Shown: piece after piece, positions 29,993 to 41,719 of the stretch
How positions within the stretch are numbered: the first letter of the stretch is position 1
Layout of the letters: each line of letters begins with the position of its first letter
From: Hypanus sabinus
Lineage: Eukaryota
Direction: 5' to 3'
Length of the DNA: 64,000 bases
Assembly (NCBI RefSeq): GCF_030144855.1
Contig: NW_026778908.1
Span: 310,001-374,000, forward strand
The notes under the pieces: generated by a model
Databases searched by the model: none
Told to the model about the DNA's origin: nothing
Seen by the model: only the letters and a program-made list of their open reading frames with translations
Program-made: the position numbers and the translations under genes

Positions 29993-31108
29993 CTCACAGA
30001 CTGTGTTCTTTACTGTGACCTTACAGACTGTGTTCTTTACTGCAATCTCACAGAGTGTATTCTTTACTGCGATCTCACAGACTGTATTCTTTACTGTGAT
30101 CTCACACATTGTATTCTTTACTTTGACCTCACAGACTGTATTCTTTACTGCGAACTCAGACTGGATTCTTTTCTGTGACCTCACAGTTGTATTCTTTACT
30201 CTGTTCTCACAGAGTGTCTTCTTTACTGTGATCGCACAAACTGTATTCTTTACTGTGATCTCACAGACTGTGTTCTTTACTGCGATCTCACAAACTGTAT
30301 TCTTTACTTTGACCTCAGTCTGTATTCTTTACTGTGATCTCACAGACTGTATTCCTTACTGTGATCTCACAGACTGTATTCTTTACTTTGACCTTAGTCT
30401 GTATTCTTTACTGTGATCTCACAGACTGTATTCTTTACTGTGATCTCACAGACTGTATTCCTTACTGTGATCTCACAGACTGTATTCCTTACTGTGATCT
30501 CACAGACTGTATTCTTTACTGTGATCTCACAGACTGCATTCCTTACTGTGATCTCACAGACTGTATTCTTTACTGTGATCTCACAGACTGTATTCTTTAC
30601 TGCAATCTCACAGACTATTCTTTACTTTGACCTCAGTCTGTATTCTTTACTGTGATCTCACAGTCTGTATTCTTTACTGTGATCTCACAGACTGTATTCT
30701 TTACTGTGATCTCACAGACTGTATTCTTTACTGTGATCTCACAGACTATTCTTTACTGTGATCTCACAGACTGTATTCCTCACTGTGATCTCACAGACTG
30801 TGTTCTTTACTGTGATCTCACAGACTGTATTCCTTACTGTGATCTCACAGACTGTATTCTTTACTGTGATCTCACAGACTGTATTCTTTACTGTGATCTC
30901 ACAGACTGTATTCTTTACTGCAATCTCACAGACTGTATTCTTTACTGTGATCTCACAGACTGTATTCTTTACTGTGATCTCACAGACTGTATTCTTTACT
31001 GTGATCTCACAGACTGTGTTCTTTACTGTGATCTCACAGACTGTATTGTTTACTGCAATCTCATAGACTGTATTCTTTACTGTGATCTCACAGACTGCAT
31101 TCTTTACT
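29993..31108. repeat. 27-bp satellite (actgtgatctcacagactgtattcttt), about 40 copies
   Basis: Direct tandem repetition; the YCDLTDCIL ORF repeats are an artefact of the unit length. Confidence 0.97.
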
Positions 31109-32519
31109 CTGTGGTTTCATAGTAGAGGAATTCTAATAGCTGGACACACTGTTTCAGATTTGGAGAAAGTAAGAAAGTTAGCAATTCGCTGTCAATCCAA
31201 ACAAAATTTCTCGATGCACCAGAGAAACCATTCTAATGAATGCATCACGGCTTGGAATGGCAACGGTGTGGCCCAGGATCACAAGAAACTGCTGAGAGTT
31301 GCGGACATAGCTGAGCACATCCCCAAAACTAGTTTTCCCTCCATCGACTCTGCCTACACTTCCCACTGTCTCAGTAAAACACCCAGTATAATCAAGGACT
31401 CCACCATCCTTGGACATTCTCTCTTACACTCCCTTACATTGGGGAGGAGAGATGAAAGCCTTAAACACGTACAGTATCACCAGGTTCAAGGACAGATTCT
31501 ATCTCATGTTTATAACACGACAGAACTGTTCCCCAGTACAACAGGTTGGACTCTTGACCTCACAATCGACAGGAGCTCGTTATGATGTTGCACTTTACCG
31601 TTCACCTGCACTGCACTTTCTCGGTAACTGTTACACTTTATTCTGAATTGTTATTGTTTTGCCTTGTTCTACCTCAATGCACTGTATAAGAATTTAATCT
31701 TTTTTAACAAGCCTTTCACTGTACCTCTGCAGATGTGACAATACCAATACCATCCTTTTACACGCGGATCCCATTCTATTCTCCCACTTTCCCAATGACT
31801 ACCCCCACCCTCAGATTCTACCACTCACACACACTCTGTCCAATCCCAATTGCAACTCCACAGTGAACTGAGCAGTCCATTCGTACACAGACCGAGACCA
31901 GACAATATTCAGATACCAGAGACGGCAGACGCTGGGATATGGAGCACTCGCCATCTGCTGGAGAATTTAGCGAGTCCAGCAACATGTGTGATGGGGAAGG
32001 AATGGTCAACGTCTCACGTCCAGACCCTGTATCAGAACTCAGAGTGGACGGAGAGAGAGTACTCAGGGTGAATGGGGTGATCGGGTCCAAAGGTGGTTAG
32101 GAAGATTGGCTTTATTTGTCAAATGTACATTGAAACATGCAGTGAAATGCGCCATTCCCGTCAACGAGTAACACCGCCCGAGGATGTACTGGGGCAGCCC
32201 GCAAGAGTCGCCATGCTTCTCGCGTCAGCATAAAATGCCCACAACTTACAAACCTGAACTCGTGAGTCACTGGAATGTTGGAGCAAAACTGGAGCACATG
32301 GTTATGGCGTGAACATAAAAATTACTTTCTGTGGGGGAAATTGAACCCCCTCCCCCTCCCCGGAGGTGATTGGGAGGGAGGTGGTGAGAGAGAGGTTTGT
32401 TGATGGGAAGAGTGAGCCTGGTAGCGGAATCGCAGGTAGATTCTCTACAAAGGAAGCTCTGAGAATTACATGTCTGATTCCGCCTGGCTCATCTACAACT
32501 CCGGTTGAATGAATAATTA

Positions 32520-34390
32520 GATTTTCCTTTTTCAGTTGAACACTCCCTTTCCGATCCAACTCCTGTCTCTGTATTTTTGCTCTCTTCCCTCTCCACCAGG
32601 CAGTCAGCCCGGTCAGAACTCCCACTGTACGTCTCTAAGACTCATGGATAGGTAGCTTAGCCAAACTCAGGAGTAGATTGACCAGTACATCCTCCTCCCT
32701 CCCTATTTACTGGATGAGCAAAGATAACGAGGGTGGGGTTAAAATGCGACCAGAAAGCAAGAAAGGGCCCCTGGATATGTTTGAATAGGGGCTGCAGCCT
32801 CGCACAATCCCTGTTTAGATGATACGTCGTCCCTTCCAGCCCGCGGAATGGACGGGTGGCCGGGAGATCCGTGTAGAAAGTGATGAACTTGTTGCAGAGC
32901 ACAGCTCTATGGAGCACACTGTACCCCAGGTCCCTGGTGTATATGGGAAGGGCACCCCCGTAAATAAACGTCCACTGGGGACATGGCCACTCACCGCACC
33001 CGCCTCCACTCCCAGGTGGAAAAACTGACCGCGCTGCATTTTAGGCCGCCGCGTATTTTTGTTTTGGGTTTATTTTGGTGTAATATGTTTATTACAAATT
33101 TCATTCTACAATACGACGACAAACTCAACAATTAGCATAAAAGCTGACACTGATTAAGTTAAACAAACACGTCCTACAAAACACATTTTACGTTACTTCA
33201 ATAGATACCGTAACTTAGATAAACACAACCACAGGCTAAGTTAAGCTAAAATATTCCCATCCTGATCTCGGATGACATTTATCTCCTGCAGTTCCCAACG
33301 GCCCCGGAAACCTCTGTGGTACTCGTGGACACCGCGTGTTACCTCTCCACGGTTACCCGGGCGCGGACATACCACCCGGAACATCGTCAGGCAGCCAGCC
33401 CGGGCAGAAACCTCCGCTGCCCTCCGCTAGGACCCGCGGATAGCAATGTTTAGCAGCCCCGGGAACTAGTTTTCCAGTATATACCCCTCCCTCCTTACCA
33501 TGCCCCCGCCCTCAGGGTGGGGCTACAATGCAACCCGAGAGGAGCAGCCTCTTCAGATATCCGACTAGGGGCTGCAGCCTCGCACACTCCATGTACATGT
33601 GATACTCGGTCTCTTCCCGTCCGCAGAAGCGAGAGGCGGCTGGGAGATCCCCGTACAAACTGATGNNNNNNNNNNNNNNNNNNNNNNNNNNNNNNNNNNN
33701 NNNNNNNNNNNNNNNNNNNNNNNNNNNNNNNNNNNNNNNNNNNNNNNNNNNNNNNNNNNNNNNNNNNNNNNNNNNNNNNNNNNNNNNNNNNNNNNNNNNN
33801 NNNNNNNNNNNNNNNNNNNNNNNNNNNNNNNNNNNNNNNNNNNNNNNNNNNNNNNNNNNNNNNNNNNNNNNNNNNNNNNNNNNNNNNNNNNNNNNNNNNN
33901 NNNNNNNNNNNNNNNNNNNNNNNNNNNNNNNNNNNNNNNNNNNNNNNNNNNNNNNNNNNNNNNNNNNNNNNNNNNNNNNNNNNNNNNNNNGGACAGGCAG
34001 CATCGATGGAAAAAAGTACAGTCGTCGTTTCGGCCTGCTGAGTTCCTCCAGCATTTTGTGTGCGTTGCTTGGATTTCCAGCATCTGCAGATTTTCTCATG
34101 TTTGTGAACCTATTACAGGTCACCGGTCTATGCAGCACCCCCAGCACCCCCTGATGTACATGGGAAGGACACCCCCGTAAAAGGACTTCCCCTGGGGAGA
34201 CCCTCCTCTTTCGCAGGAAAATTTGACCGCCGCTGCGTATCGAAACGCTGCAAGGGCTCGTTCATGTTTGCAAAAACATACATAAGTTATAAATTCAAAC
34301 CACAACAGTCAGATTACAAACAGAAGCCAGACAAATTATGACTAACACTTCCCCATCCTCATCGAGGGAACCATTTTCTAATACATTGTA
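32520..34390 (-). mobile_element. Cluster of Tx1-type LINE 3'-end fragments flanking the assembly gap
   Basis: MLHRAVLCNKFITFYTDLP..CARLQPLF and ISLYGDLPAA..ECARLQPLVGYL match the C-terminus of the Tx1 ORF2 at 59.35-59.75 kb. Confidence 0.75.
33666..33990. other. Assembly gap (325 N)
   Basis: Run of N. Confidence 1.
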
Positions 34391-34396
34391 CGAGTA

Positions 34397-34668
34397 TGTC
34401 ACCAGGTGCGGATAACGGCCCAAGTGCGGAGTGAGAGACACTGAAACAGGTCGATAGTTCACAGACTTTATTGCAAACAGTGTTAAGGGAAAATAAACAA
34501 TAAGCGCTATGCCAAATAGGGCCGTTAACTAAAACTCAAGTGGGAACCGAAGCCGACATTGCGGCTGAAAATAAAATCTAAACGTTAAACGAATGCCGCG
34601 AGTCTTCGAAATCAGTTGACTCAAAAGTCCAATTTCTCAGGGGAAAGGTGCGGCACTTTCGGGTGACG
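34397..34668 (-). mobile_element. Probable solo LTR
   Basis: Terminal inverted ends TGTCACC...GGTGAC(g) and a minus-strand AATAAA (tttatt at 34467); TSD not clear. Confidence 0.5.
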
Positions 34669-34969
34669 TAGAGTTTGTGCTGCAGGGGTTCGGTGGGTGG
34701 AGGGGGAGCCTCAGAATACTCTTCTTCCGCCATCAGAAGGGGGTGAGGAAGACGGGGCAGAGTGAGGAAGCCCCCGACCGCAATAATTGAAATAGTGGTC
34801 TATCCCGGGGGCGGCATTTTGCTGTTGATTGTAAAACGTAACTTAACATTAACTAACACATAGTCTGCAGACGTAAGAATGAAAAGGCCCTGCATGCTCT
34901 ATTCTTGCAAATATTTGAATATCAATGTCAGATCACAGAACAGAACGGCACAGTGCAGACCTTTCGATC

Positions 34970-35930
34970 CACATAAGAACAGGAGAAACAGGAGCAGGGG
35001 TAGTCCATCTGGCCCGTCGAGCCTGCTCCGCCATTCAATCAGATTATGGCGACCTGACCACGGACTCATCTCTCCCTACCTGCCTTTCCCCATAATCCTT
35101 AATTACCTAACTATGCAAAAATCCATTCAAACTTGTCTTAAATATATTTACTGAGTTAGCCTTCACTGCTTCATTGGGCAGAGAATTCCACAGATGCACC
35201 ACCCTCTGGGAAAAACAGTTCCTCTCCATCTCCGTCCTCAATCTACTCCCCCGAATCTAGAGGCTCTGTCCCCTAGACGAGGCTATCTATCAGAGGAAAC
35301 AACGTTCCTGCCTTTATCTTTATCTTAACTATCCCTTTCATGATTTTATATGTTTCCAGAAGATCTCCTTTCGTTCTTCTGAAGTCCAGCGAGTCAATAT
35401 TTCCTCATCGTCCAATCCCTTCATCTTCTGGAATCAACCTGGTGAATCTCCACTCCACCGCCTCCAAAGCCAGTCCATCTTTCTGCAAGTAACGAGACCG
35501 GAACTGCACGCAGTACTCCAGGTGTGGCCACACCAGGACCCTGAACAGTTGCAACACAGCTTCCCTGCTCTTAAATTCAATCCCTCTAGCAATACAGTCC
35601 AACATCCCAACAGATAGCCGGCTACGCCTGCAAACCAACCGTTTGTAATTCAGACACAAGCACACCCCAGTCGCTCTGCACAGCAGCATGCTGAAATTGT
35701 TTTACCATTTAAATAATAAACTGCTCTTTCAATATTCGTTCCAAAGTGGCTGATCTCACATATACCAACATTGTGTTCCGTCTGCCAGACCCTTACCCAC
35801 TCATTTAATCTATCTAGATCTCTCTGCAGGCTCTCTGTATCATCTGCACAATTTGCTTTCCCACTCAATTTTTTATCATCAGCAAACTTAGTTACGCCAC
35901 ATTACGTCCCCTCTCCCAGATCCACGATGT
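34970..35930 (-). mobile_element. CR1 LINE 3' part (approx.)
   Basis: ANCADDT..LQRDLDRLNEW, LVWPHLEYCVQF; the CR1 3' end lies at about 34970. Confidence 0.85.
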
Positions 35931-36120
35931 AGGACTGACACTTTAACTTTCTCCTTCCTTCCATTATTTTATCCATGTATATATCCGAGAGACGTTTAAG
36001 TGTCCCTCATGAATCTGCCTCTATCACCACCCCTGTCAGCGCGTTCCACGCACCCAACCCCTGTGACATCTCCTAAAATAAACTACCTGTGGTAGTAAAG
36101 GTTGTAAAATAAACTACCTG

Positions 36121-36198
36121 TGACGTCTCCTAAATATTCCTCCAATCACAATAAAATTATGCGCCCTGGTTTTCGCCAAATACGAGGAGAATATAAAA
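36121..36198 (+). promoter_or_regulatory. Candidate promoter of the TMEM95-like gene (CRE-like TGACGTCT at 36121, TATAAAA at 36192)
   Basis: Motifs lie about 180-260 nt upstream of ATG 36379; function is inferred. Confidence 0.35.
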
Positions 36199-36378
36199 AC
36201 AAATATCCTCGCTCTTTGTTGTATCTTAGGGGAGCGGTGGCCCTATTGTGACGGGAACAACCGCCGAGTGACCGTCCGATGTTCGGAGACCTCTGTTGCG
36301 CAGCAGCCTGCTCCCCCTAACCCACCACCGGTCTCGCCTCGCTCCCGAAGCAGCTCGGAAGGCGGCTCCGACACGGAG

Positions 36379-36577
36379 ATGCCACGCTCCAGCCTGGCGT
36401 CCGTGCTAATCCTACTCGCCGTACTGCCGAACCGGGGACGCGCCTGTGTGACCTGTGACCGGAGGCTGTGGTGCAAGTTTCAGGAGATGATGGACCGCTG
36501 CCTGGTGGTAGCGAACGAGCAAGAATGTTCTTCACGGCTGAATCCTCTCGTCAGCTACACCAGGAACTTCAAGATGG
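36379..36577 (+). CDS. TMEM95: TMEM95-like (IZUMO-domain) gene exon 1: signal peptide plus CxxC
   Basis: MPRSSLASVLILLAVLPNRGRA-CVTCD...C...C; donor ATGG|GTAAAC, phase 1. Confidence 0.8.
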
Positions 36578-36582
36578 GTAAA

Positions 36583-37516
36583 CACAAGAGATTGTGGAGA
36601 CGCTGGAAATCAAGAGCAACACACGAAAAATGCTGGAGAAACTCAGCAGGTCAGGCAGCACCTATGGAAATCAATAAATAGTCGACGTTTCGGGCTGAGA
36701 CCCGTCTTCAAAGCTGGGACGGAATGGGGGTAGAAGCCTCCTGGCACTTACCCTGTAAGCATGACTTGCTACACCTCCACCCTCACCACCCTTCAGGCTC
36801 CCAACTAGTCCTTCCAGGTGAGGCAACACTTCACCTGGAGTCTGTTAGTGCCGTCTTCTGTATCCGATGCTCCTGGTGTGACCTCCTCCACATCGGTGAG
36901 TCTCGACACAAATCTGGTGACTGCTACGTCCGCTACAAATGGCATGATTTCCCGGTGGCCCCCATTTCAATTCTGTTTCCCATTCACAAACGAGTGGCTG
37001 TACATGGCTTCCTCTGCTGACAAGACAAATCTAAATCCGGGTTTGAAAAGCAACACCCCATATTCCATTGGTTAGCCTCCAACACAATGGCATGAATATC
37101 GATTTCTCCAACATCCAGTAAATTCTCTCCCTGCCCCCTTTCATTTTCTATTCCACATTCTGGTTATCATCTCACCTTTTCTCCTCGCCTGCCCACCAAC
37201 ACCCTCTGGTTCTCCTCCTTCTCTTTATTACATAGTGTAGTCTCCTCCCCTTTCAGATTCCTTCTTCAACTATCACCTCCCAGCTTCTCACTTCATCTCC
37301 CTACCCCCCCCTTCACTCATCACCTTTTCCTTCACCTGATTTCCCCTATTATCTGCCAGCTTGTACTCCACCTGCCCCCCACCCAGCTACCTTCCTATTC
37401 TGATATCTGGCTTCTTCCTTTCCTGTCCTGGCGAAGGGTCTCCAACCGAAACGTCGAATGTTTATTTCTCTCCAGAGATGTTGCTTTACACGCTGAATAC
37501 CTCCAGCAGTTTCTGT
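36583..37516. mobile_element. Penelope-like element insertion (inverted pLTR plus GIY-YIG 3' part) with 16-bp TSD
   Basis: TSD cttcaagatgggtaaa at 36567-36582 and 37517-37532; degenerate AVFCIRCSWCDLLHIGES. Confidence 0.8.
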
Positions 37517-38115
37517 CTTCAAGATGGGTAAAAGCTCCCAGCGTGGAGATGGGACAGTGGCAATGGGAGAGGGATGAAGGCGAGAAGAGGGGCGGTTTAA
37601 CGGGTCAACTCTCCAACTCGAGAGCTACTGGGGTCATAATCCAGCCAGATATCTTGGTGATAGTGAGAAGGGGGCAAATGCTGCGATATAGAGAGTGTGG
37701 AGTGGCCACTGAAGGAGGGATAGTGATGAGGGTGTATTGGGGGACAGGGTGAGGAGGGAGCACCGTGGGAGAGGCGGTGAGGAGTAAGTGCTTGGGTAGG
37801 TCGGTTTGGGAGCCCTGAGGGACGGTCGGTGAAGAGGGATCACTGTGGGAGGGAGTGGTGAGATGGGAGCACTGTGGGAGGGATGGTGAGATATGAGTCC
37901 TGTGGAACGGACGGTGAGGAGGGGACGCTGAGCTATTAAAGTTCAGTTAGGGTCGGGTGTGTGCCTGGCAGTGCAGCACACTGAGTATGTGCCCTGGCAA
38001 GAGTCAGGCTGTCCTGGAGGAAGGTTAAACCGGTGTTTGGTTGAGATACAGTAGTCACTGCTCTGGAGTTAATCTCACCACAGTTATGACCCAATCTGTC
38101 TCTTCCTCCCGTTAG

Positions 38116-38187
38116 TGTACACAGAGACAATGATTAATTCATTCCTGGAGCTGATGGATTTGATTTATTCTTTCATGTTTACCCTGG
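38116..38187 (+). CDS. TMEM95: TMEM95-like exon 2 (VYTETMINSFLELMDLIYSFMFTL)
   Basis: Acceptor tcttcctcccgttAG, donor CTGG|GTAAGT; 72 nt, phase 1/1, amphipathic helix. Confidence 0.75.
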
Positions 38188-39111
38188 GTAAGTTGTAGTT
38201 CTAGATATAATGCTCGGTCTTGTCGAGGAAATGGGCTGATCCAGCGGGAGGGCAGCAGTTTCTAGTGGCTCTGTAAAAAGTCTGGGAATCACCTCCATAT
38301 GACTGTAAAGTAAAATTGTTCGCTCGCAAAGTCTCCTTATCTGTGGGTCAGACCCACACCGGAAGCACCATGAATAGTTCCAGTTTCCGTATCCCGGAGT
38401 CAGACCCACACCGGGAACGCCTCCCCTCCGACACCCTACCACCTCTCCCCGAGTAAGTGGACTGCAGTGAGGAGGGAGCACCGCGCTACAGGAGGGGAAG
38501 AGGAGGAAGCGCCACATTGCGGAAGGGAACTCGGAGACGTTCCTCACTCTTCCGTTCCCACTCAGAGACAGACAGTGAACATCGACACAGACAGCGAAAT
38601 GCGTCACTTGCGTCATCGTTTGCGATGTCCGGGCGCAGCTCACGAGCGCCGCTACGCGCCCGGTGCCAGCATAACATCCACACAATTTATTCATTTTGAT
38701 CCTCCCATCCAGGGAATGTGGGGAAACTAGATGAAACCCAGGGTTTGTAGCTACAAACTCCTTGCAGTCAGCGGCAGGAATCGAACCTCGGTGAAGTCTA
38801 TTGTCATTCAAACATATAAATGTTTACTGCGGAACGAGCCCCGGTTCTGCTTCATCGGATCTGATCCCCGGGACTCACCCCACCACTGTTCCCCGGGACT
38901 CCCTCCACCCCTGATCCCCGGGACTCCCTCCACCCCGATCCCCAAGCGGACTGCAGAGGAACGATAGTGCAGGCCTGTCCCTGAGCGAGAGAACCAACAC
39001 TGTACATTGGGGTCTTGTTGTTCTGTCCTCTTGGAGTTCAATGTGTATTGATGTTTGTTCGCAGATGGATGTATGAAAGACTGGAGTTTAACAATTATTC
39101 TCTCTCTGCAG

Positions 39112-39165
39112 GCTATGAACCATTAGATATGTCACATGCCTTTATTCAGATGAAATTGAAGGAAG
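39112..39165 (+). CDS. TMEM95: TMEM95-like exon 3 (GYEPLDMSHAFIQMKLKE)
   Basis: Acceptor ttctctctctgcAG, donor GAAG|GTCAGA; 54 nt, phase 1/1. Confidence 0.75.
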
Positions 39166-39429
39166 GTCAGATAAAATTCTTTTCCCAAGCTCATATCAAC
39201 AATTCCTGTAAATTACTGATTTAATTCCCCGTGAAAATTGAAATGCATCTATGGATGGTCTGACCCAGTTAGGAGGAAAGTGTTGGGGAGATACTGGGCT
39301 GTGGGAGGGGCGGTGAAGAGGGAGCGCTGGGCTGTGGGAGGGATGGTGACGGAGTGTGTGACAGCGCAATGTGCTGTGAGGCAGGACCGCTCATCCCAGT
39401 GACAGAGTTCCTCTTGTCCTTACCTACAA

Positions 39430-40250
39430 CCCCATGAGTCTTTGCACCCAACACATCATTCTCCGCAAGCGATGCAAGCGGCCAAGGTGCTACAGCTGTC
39501 CATCACCTCCTCCCTCACCTCCAATCAGAGCCCCAAATACTCCTTCAAGGTGAGGCAACACTTCACCTGTGAATTTGCCTGGGGTGTCTATTGTATCCGC
39601 TGCTCCCGATGCCCCATCCTCTATATTGGTGATACCCATTGTAAATTAGGGGGAAGATTCACTGAGCACCTTCACTCTATCCACCACAAGCATAACTTCC
39701 CAGTGACCCAGCATTTTAATTCTAATTCCCATTTCCGCTCCAACATGTCGGTCCATGGTCTCCTCTTGTGCCGCGATAAGCCACACTCAGGGTAGAGGAG
39801 CAACACCTTATATAACGTGTAGCCTCTAATCTAATGGCATAAGTGTCGATTTTTCGTCCAATAAAAAAATCTGCCCTTCTCTCTTCTTCTATTCTTCTAC
39901 CTCTTCTCACCAGTCTATCACCTCCCGCTGTGCCCCTTCTACTTCCCTTGCTCCTCTGGTTCACTCTCCTCTCCTATCCGATTCCTTCATCTCCAGCCCT
40001 TCACCTTTCCCACCTACCTGGCTTCACGCATCACCTTTCCCACCTACCTGGCTTCACCCATCACCTTCCCGCTATCACCCTTCCCTACCCCCTACTGTTT
40101 TAATTTGGTGACTTCCCTCTTCTTTTCCATTCCTGAAGAAGGGTTTGGACGGGAAACGTCGCCTTTGTTCATTTCCATAGATGCTGCCTGACCTGCAGAG
40201 TTCCTCCGGCATTTTGTGTCTGTTGTTTTCGATTTCCGGCATCTGCAGAG
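39430..40250 (+). mobile_element. Penelope-like element 3' part (GIY-YIG remnant and pLTR) (approx.)
   Basis: GVYCIRCSRCPILYIGDTHCKLGGRFTEHL; pLTR at about 40130-40250. Confidence 0.8.
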
Positions 40251-40873
40251 ATTCTTGTGTTTATACCCTGCTAATCGCACACTTTTGGAACGTGGGGGAG
40301 AACCGGAGGACCCGAAAGGAACCCACTCGATCACGAGGAAAACGTACAAACTCCTCACCCACAGTGTTGGAATTGAACCAGGTCGCTGGCGCTGTAATAG
40401 TGTTCCGTTAACCGTTACACTGCCGTGCTGCCCACTGAATCGCTGAGTGTAGATGTTCGGGTTCCTATAACTCCTCCCCGATGGTTTTAATGAGAAGAGG
40501 ACATGCCCTGGTGGTGAGGGTCCGAGTGATGGATGCTACCTTCTTGAGGCACCGCTTCTTGAAGACGTCCTCGATTATGGGAACGGTTGTGGCCGTGATG
40601 GAGCTGGCGGAGTCTATAACACTCTGCAGCCCCTTTCCATTCTGCAGAATGCTCTGCACCGTACAGCTGTAGGGATTTGCAAGTGTTTAGCGACATTTAA
40701 AATCTCGACAAGCTCCCAACGAAGTGGAGTCACTGGATAAATGTTTCGGAAGGTGAGAGTGGACATTGACACCCGAACAGAATGCTCCTGTTTCCCCGCT
40801 TAGTGTATAAGAATATAGACTTGCAGGTCCTGTCATCCACTGATCGTCTTCTCCTTCTCCTTCCCAATCCCAG

Positions 40874-40894
40874 CTGTGTGTGGCGCCGACTGCT
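40874..40894 (+). CDS. TMEM95: TMEM95-like exon 4, 21-nt microexon (AVCGADC)
   Basis: Long polypyrimidine acceptor, donor TGCT|GTGAGT; encodes the IZUMO-family CX3C motif. Confidence 0.75.
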
Positions 40895-41719
40895 GTGAGT
40901 ATCAGTTATTTTTAAACCAAATTCCAAATTAACACATTTTCATACGTGTGTTGTGTGGGGTTATTAATCCTCCCCGTCTCTGTGAGCCCCTCGTCCCTTA
41001 CACCACTCCTTGTCTCTGTGACTCCTTCTGGTCCCTACAACCCTCCCCATCTCGGTGACACCGGCTAATTCCTTCACCCTTCCCCGTCTCTGAGCCCCAA
41101 TGCTCCTACAACTCCCTTCTCTCTCTGACCCCGCCTTGTTCCTACACCCCTCTTCATCTCTGTTTCCTATACCACTCCCGGTATCTGAGCACATTTGACC
41201 CCTGCAGACATTCCCGTCTATGACCCCCTCTAGTCCCTACACTACACCCTGCCTCTGTGACGCCCTTCTGGTCCCTAAAGCCTCCTACCGTGACTATGAA
41301 CCCCATCCCCATCCTCATCCCTTCACCAGTCCCTGTCTCTGTGCTCCCCACTGGTCACTATGTTCCTTCCCGGCTCCTACACCCCTCAGTATTTTCGATA
41401 TGCCTTCCGTCCCCTACATCCCTCCCCGTCTCTGTGACTCCCTACAAATCTTCCTCAGTCTCCTCCTTCCTCTAATTCCTTCATCATCAAGGACCCCCAC
41501 CATCCAGACCATGCTCTCATGTCGCTGCTGCCATCCAGCAGGAGGTACAGGAGCCTCGGGACCCACACCAGCAAGTTCAGAAACAGTTATTAGCCCTCAA
41601 ACATCGGGCTCTTGAACTAGAGGGGAGAACTTCATTCGCCCGTCACTGAACTGTTTCCACCATCTATGGACTCAAGGACTCTTCATCTGATCTTCTCCAT
41701 ATCTGTCGCTTATTTACTT

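Noticed and set aside
29993-31108. RSS-heptamer-like CACAGT(A) on the minus strand of the satellite
   Set aside because: No nonamer at 12 or 23 bp spacing and no V/J segments nearby.
29948-31585. Cys-rich or hydrophobic repeat ORFs (YCDLTDCIL, VFFTVISQT)
   Set aside because: Artefact of the 27-bp (3n) satellite.
33512-34180. ORFs spanning the N gap
   Set aside because: Artefacts of translating N.
34578-34733. Minus-strand MAEEEYSEAPPPPTEPLQHKL... as a gene start
   Set aside because: No convincing splice donor, the second half lies in a solo LTR, and no recognisable homology.
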